Origin: Octopus sinensis
Lineage: Eukaryota
Length of the DNA: 64,000 nt
NCBI RefSeq assembly: GCF_006345805.1
Contig: NC_043001.1
Coordinates: 121,582,001 to 121,646,000 of the forward strand
Direction: 5' to 3'
In this document: positions 13,501 through 27,694 of the stretch, in pieces
How the letters are laid out: each line of letters starts with the position of its first letter
Numbering within the stretch: position 1 is the stretch's first letter
Made by a program: the position numbers and the translations under genes
The notes under the pieces: model-generated
What the model saw: only the letters and a program-made list of their open reading frames with translations
Databases searched by the model: none
What the model was told of the DNA's origin: nothing

Positions 13501-16500
13501 ATTATGCTAAATTCCCTTCCACCTCCAATGCATAGAAATCTAAAAATGAAATGTTTACAATCAGGAAGATAAAGCAAAAAAAATTCCAATACTTACTTCA
13601 GTTTCAACAGTATTTGTAACTTCCTCTTTAAGACTGATCAGACTGACGGTGTCTTGTCTAACATGGACTGAGCGTTTATAAACCTAGAGAAAGAAAATGT
13701 GTATGATTCCTGAATTATAAATAAAGTCTGATAATAGGTGCCTTGACTTTTGACAATAGATGACACCACAGAAAATGCATGTCTTTGTTGCACACATCTA
13801 ATTCCTCTAAAGTCTAGTTTTTCTCTCAAAATATTTATACATTGCTAATCATGCACATTCATGTCATACATCCAACCAAGTACGCTAGCTTCATTTCTTT
13901 TCGGTTTTCTCCAGTCCTCTACTATTCAAAGCACATATCTCACTATCAGCCAACATAATTATTTTAACACATGCATTATATAATCTACCCTTCACTCAGG
14001 GCAAAAAAGACCATTGCTGCTAGCTACTGTAGTAGCTCCTATGATTTTTTCCATCCTGTTCTTATCTTGGCTACGATACTTTCAGAGCAAACACCTCCCC
14101 TGCTAATTACATCGGGGTAATAACAAAATCTAACAACTACTACTAGTGAGACATCCAGGTGTATAAAAGTATCTATTTCAGGTGTGCTCATAATATGTAC
14201 TGCTTCTGTGCCTCTGTCATCATATAAAGCTAACTTTCTCTGTAGCCTATAACTCAAATTAAATAGTTTTCTATAGGCATAAGGATTTAAGTATGAAATC
14301 ATGTAAGCCACAGAGGAAAATGCATATGAATACAACTCTTTTTTTGCCAAACTTTTCAATAAATAATTCAGAATCTGAAACCAGAAAATATATTCTTTTT
14401 GAAAATATGATGATGTTCATCATCGTTTAACATCTCTTTTCCATGTTGGCATGGCTTGGATGGTTTGACATGGAGCTGGCCAAACACTAATTGTCTGTTG
14501 TGAGATGGTTTCTATGGCTGGTTGCCGTTCCTAATACCATCCAGTTTACAGTGTGCTGCAATCAGTTGGGCAGATAAGCTACAGAGAGGCATCTACATAG
14601 ATGCCAGTCTTAAATACAGCATTTTAAGAAAAAAATACACTCTGCTCTTAATAAGCAATTACATTAACCCTTTAGCATTCAGATTATTCTGTCAAATCTA
14701 ATGCTTATATATTCACATAGATTTGAATTAATCATGTATTACCTTATAGCTTTGAGATTTTGATGACAGGATTGTTTATTTTTGAATGACATTGTAGGGT
14801 AGGTATGAAAAGCCAGATCCAGCCAGTTTGAACATAAAACAGGTAGAATATTTTGGCTAGATATGGCTGGTTTAAATGCTGAAGGTTTAATTGGAAACGG
14901 GCATTATGATGTAGGACAATCTGCAGCAGCAGTAACTAATACATGCATTTCGTTGGTTCAAATCTCCATCAAACCTAAACCAAACAATAAAAAAAACGGG
15001 GTCCAGCAGATCATTTTCCAGCAAACGGAAATCCATTTCTAACCCCACATTGATTAATATCTCTGAACAGAATACAACAAATAATTGTTACACTGAAGTT
15101 TAAATAAAACATCATCATCATCATTTAACGTCCGCTTTCCATGCTGGCATGGGTTGGACAAAGTTGACTGAGGGCTGGCGAACCAGATGGCTGCACCAGG
15201 CTCCAATCTTGATCTGGCAGAGTTTCTACAGCTGGATGCCCTTCCTAACGCCAACCACTCCGCGAGTGTACTGGGGGTGCTTTTTACGTGCCACCAGCAC
15301 AGGGGCTAGTCATGCGGTACTGGCAATGACCTTGCTCGAATCTTTTTACACATGCCACCGGCACAGGTGCCAGTAAGGTGACGTTGGTAACGATCACGCA
15401 GAAACATCAGAACCTCTTGAGAAGAAAGTAATACTTACATTAAGGGCACGTACAATGTCCTGAGTGCTGAAGCAACCAGGATAAAAGATTTTCTCCATGT
15501 AAACATCTCGAGGATCACGGTAATTAGGAATCCAAAGGTCAGCTGTTTCTGGAGGTTGTAAGATCACATCAGTCCATTCTTTCGCAGCAGTCTGATCACT
15601 GCAGATAATATTTTCAATGAAGTAAAATAAGCATTATACAGAGTAGGAAAGCCGCCATCATTTCTTAACAAGGTATTTATAATTATAGGTCAAGAAAGTT
15701 GTGATATTTAAGCTTCTTACAATGAAAATATTGGGTTGTCAGATAAATTTGTTTTTTCTATTTATTTTCATCCTTTACAGTGATATCTGAATCAACACAA
15801 AATGATATTTATTATCGTAGTGTTTTCTTTCTTTTTTGTAAACCATTCTTCCATTGTAACTTTTGTTCAAAGTTTTTTTCAAAATTTGAACAAATCTTAT
15901 CTTTTTACAAACATAAAGCTATGAAGCACCAATTAAAAAAAACAAAACAATTGATCTGACAATCCTTACAGTTACATGAGACAATTCCAATTGTGGAATT
16001 GGATCTACAATGTAAGTTGGTCAAGAAGTTACTAATAGACTGAACAATCTAAGTCAGAAGGAACAAAAAGTCTGACAAGATTTTGACTCTAGTTATTGAA
16101 ATAAAACACATTTCTGTCACAAACTAAAGAAAAATATGATTTATTGCTGAAATTCAAGTAAATGAAAAATATACCTTGGAAATAAAGCTATTCTAGCAAT
16201 TGGTTCTCCAGAACTACTGCTCCAAAGAGTTAATAAACGATCTCCAGTCAGGCAGAAATCAGTTAAATCTTCCTGGAAAGAGAAAAATAAAGATTCAATA
16301 TTTAAATAGTTATTTTCTGTTTGCAATTTTAGTTTTTCTATATTAACACCCAGGTTGCAATTATGCTTTTTAGTTTCTCTTTGAGTTGCGATTGTTCTTA
16401 ACCTTTTAGCATTTAAACCAACCCGAATATTCTGTTTTATACTCTCACATCTACAATGTCAGGGGTGCCACATAAAAAGCACCCAGTACACTCTATGGAG

Positions 16501-19500
16501 TGGGTGGCATTACAAAGGACATCCAGCCATAGAAACCAAGCCAAAATAGACTTTGGGACCTGGTGTGGCCCCTGGACTTGCCAGCTCCTGTCATGCTACC
16601 CAACCATGCCAGCATGGAAAATGGACATTAAATGTTGATGAAGACAATGATAACATTATTGAAATCTTGAAGATATGAGATAATGCAAGATTAATTCCAA
16701 ACAATGTGAATAAATAGACATTACATTTGACGGAGTAATCTGAATGCTAAAAAGTTAAATTGTCTTTCATAATTCATGAATTTATTACATCAATGATATT
16801 TCACAGTTAGTTGCCCTGCCTTTCTTCTTTTAAGTGTGATAGCATGAAAACACACACCGAAAATATGGTTTGGCTTTAAGCTTCTTTACAATATATTCCA
16901 AGTTCCGCCTGCAGCTGTTGGTCAGTTATAAGAAAAAGAGAAGCTTCAGCTATGGACATGTTGAAATAATTACTTTTTCTCACGATTAGATTACTAAATA
17001 AGGAGAAGAAAAATATATGAATGATAGAATTACTAACCGAAGGTCCAAATATCGAACCAATATGATGTAACTGGTATCTACCATCATTGAAAGATGATTC
17101 AATGAAACAAAACTGAAAAAAAAAAAGAAAACAAAGATTGGTTGAAAATATAAGCAATCCAAATAAATGTCAACATACAAGACTATATCAGGGTAGACAA
17201 ACTACTTGATTTTGAAGCAGGAGAGTAATGGACCCTTCTCAAAGGATACAATACAATAGCAAGTTTGGAACTGATGAATTTGTGACTATACACTTTGTTA
17301 ATAAAATTTCATTAACCCTTTCATTACCAACCCGGCTGAAACCAGCTCTGGCTCTGAGTACAAATGTCTTGTTTTCATAAGTTTTGAATTAAAATCTTCC
17401 ACCAAACCTTAGTCGTAATTTATGTCCCTAACACTAGCTGAATGATAACCAAGTTATTTTACTAAATTCTTTGTTATATTTAAAGTAATTGAAAGAAACA
17501 CAGAGCATCTCAAAATAAATACAGTAACGAAAGGGTTAAAATAGAATAGTCGTTACTGACAGACATTGTAATAAAATCTCTCTACTGCTTCTCCTACCAC
17601 ATAAAAATACAATCGTGTGTAGGGTAACTGAACTGTATTTAACCCTTTTGTTAACATATTGCTGTCAAACTACAATGCTTCTGTTTTAATTAATTTTGAA
17701 GATAATGAAGAATTTAGTAAATATTTTGATAATAATCTTTAATTTAAAACATAAATTAACATAAAACTTTGACAGAAGTTTGTATAATAGAACCACCGCT
17801 GACGAGTTGGAAATGTCTAATTTTGCTTAGTTATTACGGGAGGACTTACTGATTTTTTATTATTGTATTCTATGACCCATCGTAACATTTCTATTTAGAT
17901 TAAATCTCAGGTGGGAGGGTTAGGATTATCAAAAGGGTTAACAAAAATGGGAGATAAAGAGAAGTTGATAGTTTTTATTTTGTTAATCAGGAGTGGAACC
18001 TTTTCACAGCATATAACCAGGAAAGTTAACAAAATTAAATCAGCATATTTCAACTTCCATACTACACCACATAACCAGCCAACACACAATGGCATCTAAA
18101 ATAAAGTTTAACAGGTTTGGTTTTCTGAAGATCAGTTACATTCATACAGATCCAAACAAGTAACTAACAACACAGTAGCTACAACCAAATTCTTGATTTT
18201 TGCCCAACTAAAAATTTTTTATATAAAATAGAAATTAAGACAATTAAAAAAAAAAAAAAAAAAGGGAATGTTTATGTTACAAACCTGGTTGCAATCAGAA
18301 AAAGATAAGTGAACACAAAGACTAGGGAAAACGTGGTCTCCAGCAGACACTTTCCGCACTGAATGACCAGGAGCTGAAATATAACAAAAGCAAAAACTGT
18401 TAAGATAACAGAACAGATGACAGAATCAGTAGAGCATTCAACAAAATATGTCGTGCACATATGGTTTTGATGCATGTTCCTGGTTTACCCTTATCAGACG
18501 GGAAGTCATGATGGGTATACTGGGCTTTATATATTTGTACCCCAGTGTGACTCAATAAAAATAAGGATTATTATGAAGCTGCATAGCATTACCTTAGGAC
18601 AAGTGATAGAAGGGAAGGTTTCAATCACAAAGATACACAAAACAACATATAATGATCGTTACAATAGGATTCTCTCTACTTTTGTTCTATATCCAACAAC
18701 ATAATCATCCAATAAAGAACACTGAAATCTTTAAAAATCTAAAATGTGGTATTCACTTACCGCCAATAGATGGAAGATGTGGATGTTGTTTATTACGAGT
18801 TAAATCAAGCAGATTAAAAACCATTAAGCATTCCTGAGTCTGAAAGAAAGAAAAAGAAAACCAAAATCAAAAACAATTTATCAAAAAAACATTAAACTTT
18901 CTCTTGGAATCAGATAAGATAAATGCTTCAATTATTTTTAACCCCTACTCTGTTATATTTTCGTCAAAATACACTCCTTTTATTTGTTTTGAAAATAAAG
19001 AGTTTAGTAAAATAACTCATCATCATCATCACCGTTTAATGTCTGCTTTCCGTGCTGGCATGGGTTGGACGGTTTGACTGGGGACTAGCAAGCCAGTAGG
19101 CTGCGCCAAGCTCCAATCTGATCTGGCAAGGTTTCTACAGCTGGATGCCCTTCCTAACGCCAACCACTCTGAGAGTGTAGCGGGTGCTTTTTGCGTACCA
19201 CTGGCATGGGAGCCAGTCATGCAGCACTGGCATCGACCACGTTCGGATGGTGCTTTTTACATGCCACCGTCACAGGGAGCTAGTCAGGTGGCACTGGCAT
19301 CAGCCACAACTACAATTTCCATTTATTTGTCATTATAAATCTGCTAGAGGTACATGAATAGCTGTGTGGTTAAGAAGTTGGCTTTTCAACCACATGAGTT
19401 TAGGTTCAGTTCCAATGTTTATTTGAGCTGGGTCATGCTTTTCCAATTGCTATAGATCCGTAATGCATCTTACGGCTGTGCCTGTCATCTGTATGGTGAG

Positions 19501-22500
19501 GAATCCTACATTGGGGAGTAGTAACAACTAGGTACTTAGAGCAAGTGTCTGTTTTGGCATGGCTTTTACAGCTGGATGACCTTCCTAATGCCAACCACCT
19601 CACAGATAGACTGGACGCTTTATCATGGCACCAGCATTGGTGATGTCTGCTTTAGCAAGGTCTTTACGGTTAGATGACCTTCCTAATGCCAACCACCTCA
19701 TAGATGGACTTGATGTTTTATCATGGCACCAGCAAGGTCTTTACGGTTAGATGCCCTTCTTAATGCCAACTACTTTAGGAATGGCATCCAACAAACATTT
19801 GGTTTAAGACTTCTTTCCATGGAAACACGCAAAAAAAAAAGGAAAGAAAAACGAAAAAAATATAGAATCGCAACTCACCTTTGTTGACCACCATCTCAGT
19901 TTGTGATCTTTACATACACAGAATATAAAAACTTCATCATCAACAGCATCCATTACCATGCTGAGTGTTTTTTCAGCTGTTTCTGAAGAACCCCTGAAAT
20001 AGGAATGAGTCTTTCAATAATACAATCAATGCTGTTATAAACAAATTCAAACAACAACAGCTGAAATCATTTTTGCCATGATTATTTTCAGTTAATTAAT
20101 TATCTAATACTATTCTTTCAACTTAACCCTTTAGCTTTCAGATTATTCTGTCAAATGAAATGCTTATTTATTCACAATCTTTTTAATTAATCTTGCATTA
20201 TCTCATAGCTTTGAGATTTTAGTGATGGGATTGTTTATTTTTAGAATATGACATTGTAGGGCAGGTGTGAGAGGCCAGACCTGGCCGGTTTAATGCTAAG
20301 GGGTTAAATAGCAAAAGAGCTGATATGTAGCCACTTGCTAAAAATAGTTGTCAGACTGCCATCAGATCACAGAGTAATCTTAAAAAGAATAAAGAACACA
20401 ATTTAGGCTAAGACACATTTGAATAAAGACATCATCATCATCGTTTAACGTCCGCTTTCCATGCTAGCATGGATGATTTGACTGAGGACTGGCGAACCAG
20501 ATGGCTGCTGCACCAGGCTCCAATCTGATCTGGCAGAGTTTCTACAGCTGGATGCTCTTCCCAACGCCAACCACTCCGAGAGTGTAGTGAGTGCTTTTAT
20601 GTGCCACCGGCACGAGGGCCAGTCAGGCGGTACTGGTAACAGCTGCACAGGAGCCAGTCCAGCAGCACTGGCAACGGCTTCACACTAATGTTCTTCACGT
20701 GCCACCAGCACAAGTGCCAGTAAGGCGCCGCTGGTAATGATCACGTTTGAATGGTAATTTTATACAGCTGAATACATGTCATTGATTGGTTGAAATCACT
20801 GAAATACGAGAACTTCAACACAAAATAACTTTATAAACATAAACTTTTCTCAAAAACGCTAAGAGTAAAAGGCGTTTTATATGACACATTCTACCAGTGA
20901 GCGAAGTTTGAAAGTGTTTAGTTACAAAAAATCATTTTTTGTAATTTGTAGATCAAAAGGTAAAGATCTGGAAAGTGATGGGGGAGAGATGCACTAGCAA
21001 TTAGCAAGTATTAATTTCCAGTTGAGTAGGCTAGAGCAGTAGTTCCCAACCTTTTCACTACCGAGGACCCCTTTTATTTAAATGAATTCTCCCATAGACT
21101 CCAGGATATTCTTTTCTACTCTAGGCACAAGGCTCAAAATTTTTGGGGAGGGAAGGCCAGTCCATTAGATCGACCCCTGAATGCAACTGGTACTTAATTT
21201 ATCGACCCTGAAAGGATGAAAGGCAGAGTGAACATCGACGGAATTTGAACTCAGAACGTAAAGACAGACGAAATACCACTAAGCATTTCACCTAGTGTGC
21301 TAACGTTTCTGCCAGCTTGCCACGATATTGAAAAGTGCTTAACTTGTTCACAAACCCCCAGCACTAACTTTGTGGACCACCAAGGGTGTGAGAACCACTG
21401 GTCTAGAGCAATGTGAAATGGTGTGTCTTACACAAGGATATACTGTGCTGTCCGATTCAGGAATTGAACCGACAACCATATGATTATGAGGCCAACACCT
21501 TAACCACTACGCCACACACCTTGCACCTTTATAAATAGTGTGCAATGAAATATTTTTGAAAATATAAACCAACCAATTCAGACTTAAGACTAGTTTTAAA
21601 ATCATGGCATTAAATCAATTGCATTTTCTATAACTAAATGAAGACTTGAAATAAAATATCAAAACATATAAAGTAGTCAGGCTTACTTAATGATATTTGG
21701 AACCAAACCACTCCAAATTCTTTGCATCATGCTAGAGTGACAAAGTTCAAAGCGAGTCACCTCACCTGAAATGAAAGAATCTTTTATTAATTTCATAAGC
21801 CACACCTGAACTACACAATGCACACAATACTGGGTTTTGTAGCAAATTGTAATTACATTTTTGGAAAACATTCAACATTTAAAAATATCTACTTTACTTT
21901 ACTTATGCATAATTTACTTGAAGACTTAATAATGGTTTGTAACTGAGGCACAAGGCCAGTAATTTTGTGAGAAAGGGATTAGTCGATACTATCAGCCCCA
22001 GTAATTGACTGGTACTTAATTTTATCAAACTCAAAAGGATGAAAGACGACTTGGAGGAAGGAGCTAGTCAACTACACTGACCTCCAGTGCTCAACTGGTA
22101 CTTATTTTCCAGTTCTATATTTAAGAGATGAGGAATTACATTATTTACATTTGACAGATATTTGTCCTCATCTTGTTTGTTGTTAACACAACGTTTTGGC
22201 TGATATACCCTCCAGCCTTCTTCAGGTGTTTTGGGGAAATTTCGAACCTGGGTTCTCATTCCTAAGGTATTTTTCAATGTTATTATTATTATTATTGTTC
22301 AAGTCACTGCTTGGAATCGAACTCAGAATCTTGGGGTTAGTAGCCCGCGCTCTTAACCACTACTATTATGGGCAATTATAGAATGAATTTTAGGGGTTAT
22401 AAATCTAATATTTTTCTATCCTTCCTTAATACCTAAAAATATATGAGCCGCATATGGGAACTGGTATTAAGGAAGGATAGAAAAATATTAGATTTATAAG

Positions 22501-25500
22501 TCCTAAAATTCACTCCATAATTGCCCATGAGCATATGGCATAGTGGTTAAGAGCGCAGGCTACTAACCCCAAGATTCCAAGCAGTGACCTGAACAATAAC
22601 AATAATAATATCGAAAAATACCTTAGGTTCGAAATTTGACCAAGACACCTGAAGAAGGCTGTGTTAACAACAAACAAAATGAGGACAGATATCCATCAAA
22701 TGTAAATTATGAAAATAATGTAATCACTCCAACGGAAGTCTCATGAGCCATGTTTTGTATTCAGCAATCAAAAGGACAAACAGTAGAAACCTTATTGTGA
22801 ACCCTGATTGGTTGTCCAGCTATGTCGAAGGCCAACAACAACAGCCATACAAACTCTCTGTATAGATTCTGACTGGATATAAAAATAACGACAATATGTT
22901 CTTACCAGGCTTTTCAATTGTAGGCATACAGAAGAGCAAAATTGATCCAAGGCTAGTAGAAAAGGCAAACATAGCCTGTCCATCTGAGTCAAGGCAAGTG
23001 GCCGCACAATAAAGCTGAGATGTTAAACTACCACCAGGGTTGACCATGTGAAAATTTCTGCTATCTTGAGCACTGGTAAGGGATGCATCGGCAAATATAG
23101 AAAGGGCCTTAGAATCTTCACCAAAACGATAGCAAACTGTTTCCTGAAACAAACGAATAAAAAAAACAGGGTATAGAAATGGTATGACCTATTGGTACAA
23201 AAGAAATTATAAAAAAAAGGAATAAATAATGGTTTCTTATTAATCTTTTGATGTCAAACTGCTTGAAACCATGTCTAGTTTTATAATACAGAACCTCTAA
23301 TTTTAACCCTTTTGTTACCAACCTGGCTGAAACCGGCTCTGGCTCTGAGTACAAATGTCTTGTTCTTATAAGTTTTGAATTAAAATGTTCCACCAAACCT
23401 TAGTCACAATTTATGTTTCTAACACTAGCTTAACAATAACCAAGTTACTTTATTAAATTTTTTGTTATATTTAAAGTAACTGAAAGAAACACAGAGCATC
23501 TCAAAATAAATACAGTAACGAAAGGGTTTAAAGTGTTCGTTTTTAAATCGTAAGTTTCCTTCATAGTTCAAGAAAGGACTTTTTGTCTAAATTCTGATAT
23601 AAGGAATTATCCTTTTTTATATAAGGACATATTTGGACTACTGTCCTCATCTTGGTTGTTATAGTCACAACACTCCAGCTGTAGTACTTTCTGGCCTTCT
23701 TCAGGCATCTATCATATTCAAAAACATTCTCAACATTTCGAACCAAACCTACCGTGTTTTCTAGTATACAAGTCAATGTAGCATAAATATTCATGCATTG
23801 CCACAATCTTTCTAAATCCTGCAGAATTTCATATGGAATTTTTGGCTCCCTTAAATCAGCATGGTGTATAAGATGGCCTACCTTTTCTGGCTGTAAATTC
23901 TAGTCTGAAAAATTTTACTTGTATGCTAGAAAATACAATATATTAAATCCACAGGAGAAGGTAGATGGTTCTCATTGCTCTGGTCTAAACCAGAGATATT
24001 CTTTATTAGTCATTCTCCTAGATGTGTGTAGTAGTTTATCTAATGGGCATGAGCTCAATCCCTGGGGTAGTCAATGTGTGTGTGTATGCATGCACATGCA
24101 TACACACGATGGACTTCTTTCAGTTTCACATGGTTTTGGTCAGCTCAGGGCTGTTCTAGAAGTCACTTGCCCAAAGTGTCCGATAGTGGGGCCTGAACTC
24201 AAAACCATGTGGTTGAGCAGTAATGTTCTTAACCACACAATCATTCCTGGGTCTATCAATGTGAACAACTAAATTTTCAGGACTTTTCAGACCAATATAA
24301 TAGGAAGAAATAATCGAAAAATACAATTAACATAGAAAGAAGGAAAAAAATATTAAACAAATATATAAGACTTACGGGCTTGGGTATTTTGTTTGGATGC
24401 GGAAATACAAGTCTGTGTACACTAGCAACTGTTGTGACTAAAATATAAACTTTCCCTTGGTGTTCATGGACACTGGTGCCTCCAAGTAAAGGAGTGTCTT
24501 GAAATCGGTATCGAACATGAGAACCAATTAAATTATAATCCAAAGACTGTTCCACCAGTTCCAAAATGTCTCCTGTAGTTCTCCTATAAAGAATATGGAA
24601 AAAAAAATGCTTCAAGATATCAAGAATATACAATTATCAATCATGTTTGTGATTATCTAGTGTAATAATAATAATTATAACTGGCCCTTTTCGTCTATGC
24701 AGACGGTCAATTTAGCTTAGGGTCACTTAATTAAACATATCATAGCTGATTCTTACTGGCACTTGTGCTGGTGGTACATGAAGAACAACATCTGAGCGAG
24801 GGCGTTGCCAGTGCCGCTGGACTGGCTCTTGCGCAGGTGACACGTAAAAACACTACTTGAGCGCTGTTGCCAGTACCGCCTGACTAGCCCTCGTGTCAGT
24901 GGCACGTAAAAGCAGCCATTACCCTCTCGGAGTGGTTGGCGTTAGGAAGGGCATCCAGCAGTAGAAACTCTGGCAGATCAGATTGGAGCCTGGTGCAGCC
25001 ATCTGGTTCACCATTCCCCAGTCAAACCGTCCAACCCATGGAAAGCGGATGTTAAATGATGATGATATCATTATCATGACTGTTTAACTTCCTCCTTCCA
25101 TGATGGCATGGGTTGGATGGTTTGACAGGAGCTGACCAGGCAGGAGCCTGTGCCATGCTTCTGTGTCTGTTTTGGCACGGCTTTTACAGCTGGATGCCCT
25201 TCCTAAAACCAACCACTCTAGAGTGGGCTGAGTGCTTTTTATGTGGCACCAGCACAGGTGAGAGCAGTTTTGGCATGGTTTTAACAGCTGGATGCCGTTC
25301 CAAATGCCAACCACTTTACAACTTTTCACTGTGGACGGGATGTCAAGTGTATTGACAATTCTAGTTTTTGGTAGATATTCAACACCATTATTGGAATAAT
25401 CATGAAATTTGATTTTGCAATTAAAGGGTTAATATATAATTTAGGAACAGTGGACATCATACTAGTTAAGAAGTAGCACAGCTAACCAAAAAAAAAAAAA

Positions 25501-27657
25501 AAAATTGATCAAAGAAGGAAAAAAATGAAAATATTCATTTTCAAGGGAAAAATCTCAAAATTTTAGAATGTCAAAGAAACGGACACATACCAGTATATAA
25601 ATCTGTTGCTTGCTGCCGAATTTGGTTGTGTGCTGTCTTGGTATGCATATCCGCCAGATGTGTTTGAAACTTTGATGTCTTGTAAAGTGCTATCAGATCC
25701 ACCTGGGAAAACGTTTGGATTGAAATGTGAATAACAACACTTATATGAAAATAAGTTGGAATATTGTACATTTATAACTATCAGTTAGTAAGTTTATGCA
25801 TTTTCTGGATTAACCCTTTTGTTACCATATTTCCGTTGAGATACCCTGTGTTTCTTTCAATTAATTTTAAATATAACGAAGAATTTAGTAAAATAAATTA
25901 GTTATCATTAAGCTAATGTTAGGAACATAAACTGTGACTAAGGTTTGATGGAAGATTTTAATTCAAAACTTTTGAAAACAAGACATTTGTACTACAGAGC
26001 CAGTGGCGGTTCCAGCCAAGTTGGTATCATCATCATCATTTAATGTCTGCTTTCCATGCTGGCATGAGTTGAACAGTTTGCTCTTTGTGGATCTTAAAAT
26101 GTCTTTTGAGTCCTCAATTGGGTCCAGCCTATGATACACTGGAACACCTGCCAAGCCAGACCTATTCCCCTGACGTTCCCCAAGCCTTTTTTGCCATTCA
26201 TTGAATCTGTTTGAGACATTTTAGAGTAAGTTACATGTGCACTTTTAGGTCTCAATGATTTTACAAAGATTTGGAGTGCAGGAAGTACCTGTGCAGATGA
26301 ATAATTTTCAGTGGGTGTAGCATGCACTAATTCATAAATTTTCGATGTTGATGAAATTTCAACCATGGGTAATTGACACACATCAAGAAGTATTCTCAAA
26401 GTTTTCACTTCTCATGAGAATTCTAAGACCCCCTAATGGGGGCCTTAACTCCCAAATTTTAGTCATTTTTTATGATCCAAAACTAGGTCAAAAGTACTGA
26501 ATGGATCTTTATAAAATTTGGAAATTATATTCTATGCATAAGGGCCATAACCCCCATGAAAATCCATATGTTTTTGCTGTTGATGAAATTTTAAACATAG
26601 ACATTAGACACAAATGAAGTAATATTTCTAAAATTTCATCTTAGAAGTTAGAAAGACCTCTTCATGGGGACTTAACACCCACAATTTAGTCATTTTATCT
26701 AAGCAAACACGAATACAGTTATACTCTTGGAAGCTGTAGGGTCACCTGAGCATAAAAATGAGCGTTATTTGTAATTCAATGGTACAACAGTGTAAGAGTT
26801 TGCTTTGAGATATACTTACATTGCGATTTCTGCAATGTGGTGCATAAATTGTCAAGTAAATGAGAGGCATCTTTGCCTCCACTGATTCAGTTGCAAAGTT
26901 ACCACTGGGTCACACATAGTCCCCAGATGGTAACACTGATTTCAAGGCTTCCCCATATGAGTGACTGGTTATTCAAAGATATTTATAGATTGTAAATTTA
27001 TTCTGTCCAGTTACCTATCGATATAGTGGTCATTTGCAAACTCCAGAGGTGACACTTTCATTTCCCCTTAGCCCTCACATCACACATTTGTTAATATTTA
27101 TTTGAGCTGGGTCACGCTTTTCCAATTGCTATAGATCCGTAATTCATCTTACGGCTGTGCCTGTCATCTGTATGGTGAGGAATCCTACATTGGGGAGTAG
27201 TAACGACTAGGGTAGGGTAGCTTTGCTCTCTTTTACAAACCCAATGAACATACATATATTTCCTATTTCAAAGAAATTCGAACAATGGATATAAGGCCCA
27301 AGTTAAAAAGATTCTCAACAATTCAACTTCTCTGGTTGACATTAAGACACCCACCCCCAATAGGGGCCTTAACTCCCACATTTTAGAGCTCCATGACCTC
27401 CATTTTTCAGGAGCAAAATTCTTTTAACAGGTTCCATAAGACTGGAATTTTGGAATCTGTGCATGAAGATCAGTAGTATGGGATACATGTGTCATGATTA
27501 GAATTTTTTTAGAGTGTGTAAAGAGGGAAAGAACCCTCATCTGCAATTTTGATGAAATTCGAATCATAGGTATTCCAGTTCATTACAGAAAATATAACAG
27601 AAAAATCTAATTTTTCAATTGCATGTAACACAGGCAATGCCAGGTATCTCTGCTAGT

Positions 27658-27694
<37 letters not shown>

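Noticed and set aside
13638-13829. ORF ..REKLDFRGIRCVQQRHAF as a Nup160 exon
   Set aside because: The true exon 12 (13683-13597) is in another frame, has canonical sites and aligns to Nup160.
15599-16174. NUP160 intron 10 donor GTATATTTT as a U12-type intron
   Set aside because: It has two mismatches to GTATCCTTT and no TCCTTAAC branch motif near the acceptor. All introns here look U2-type.
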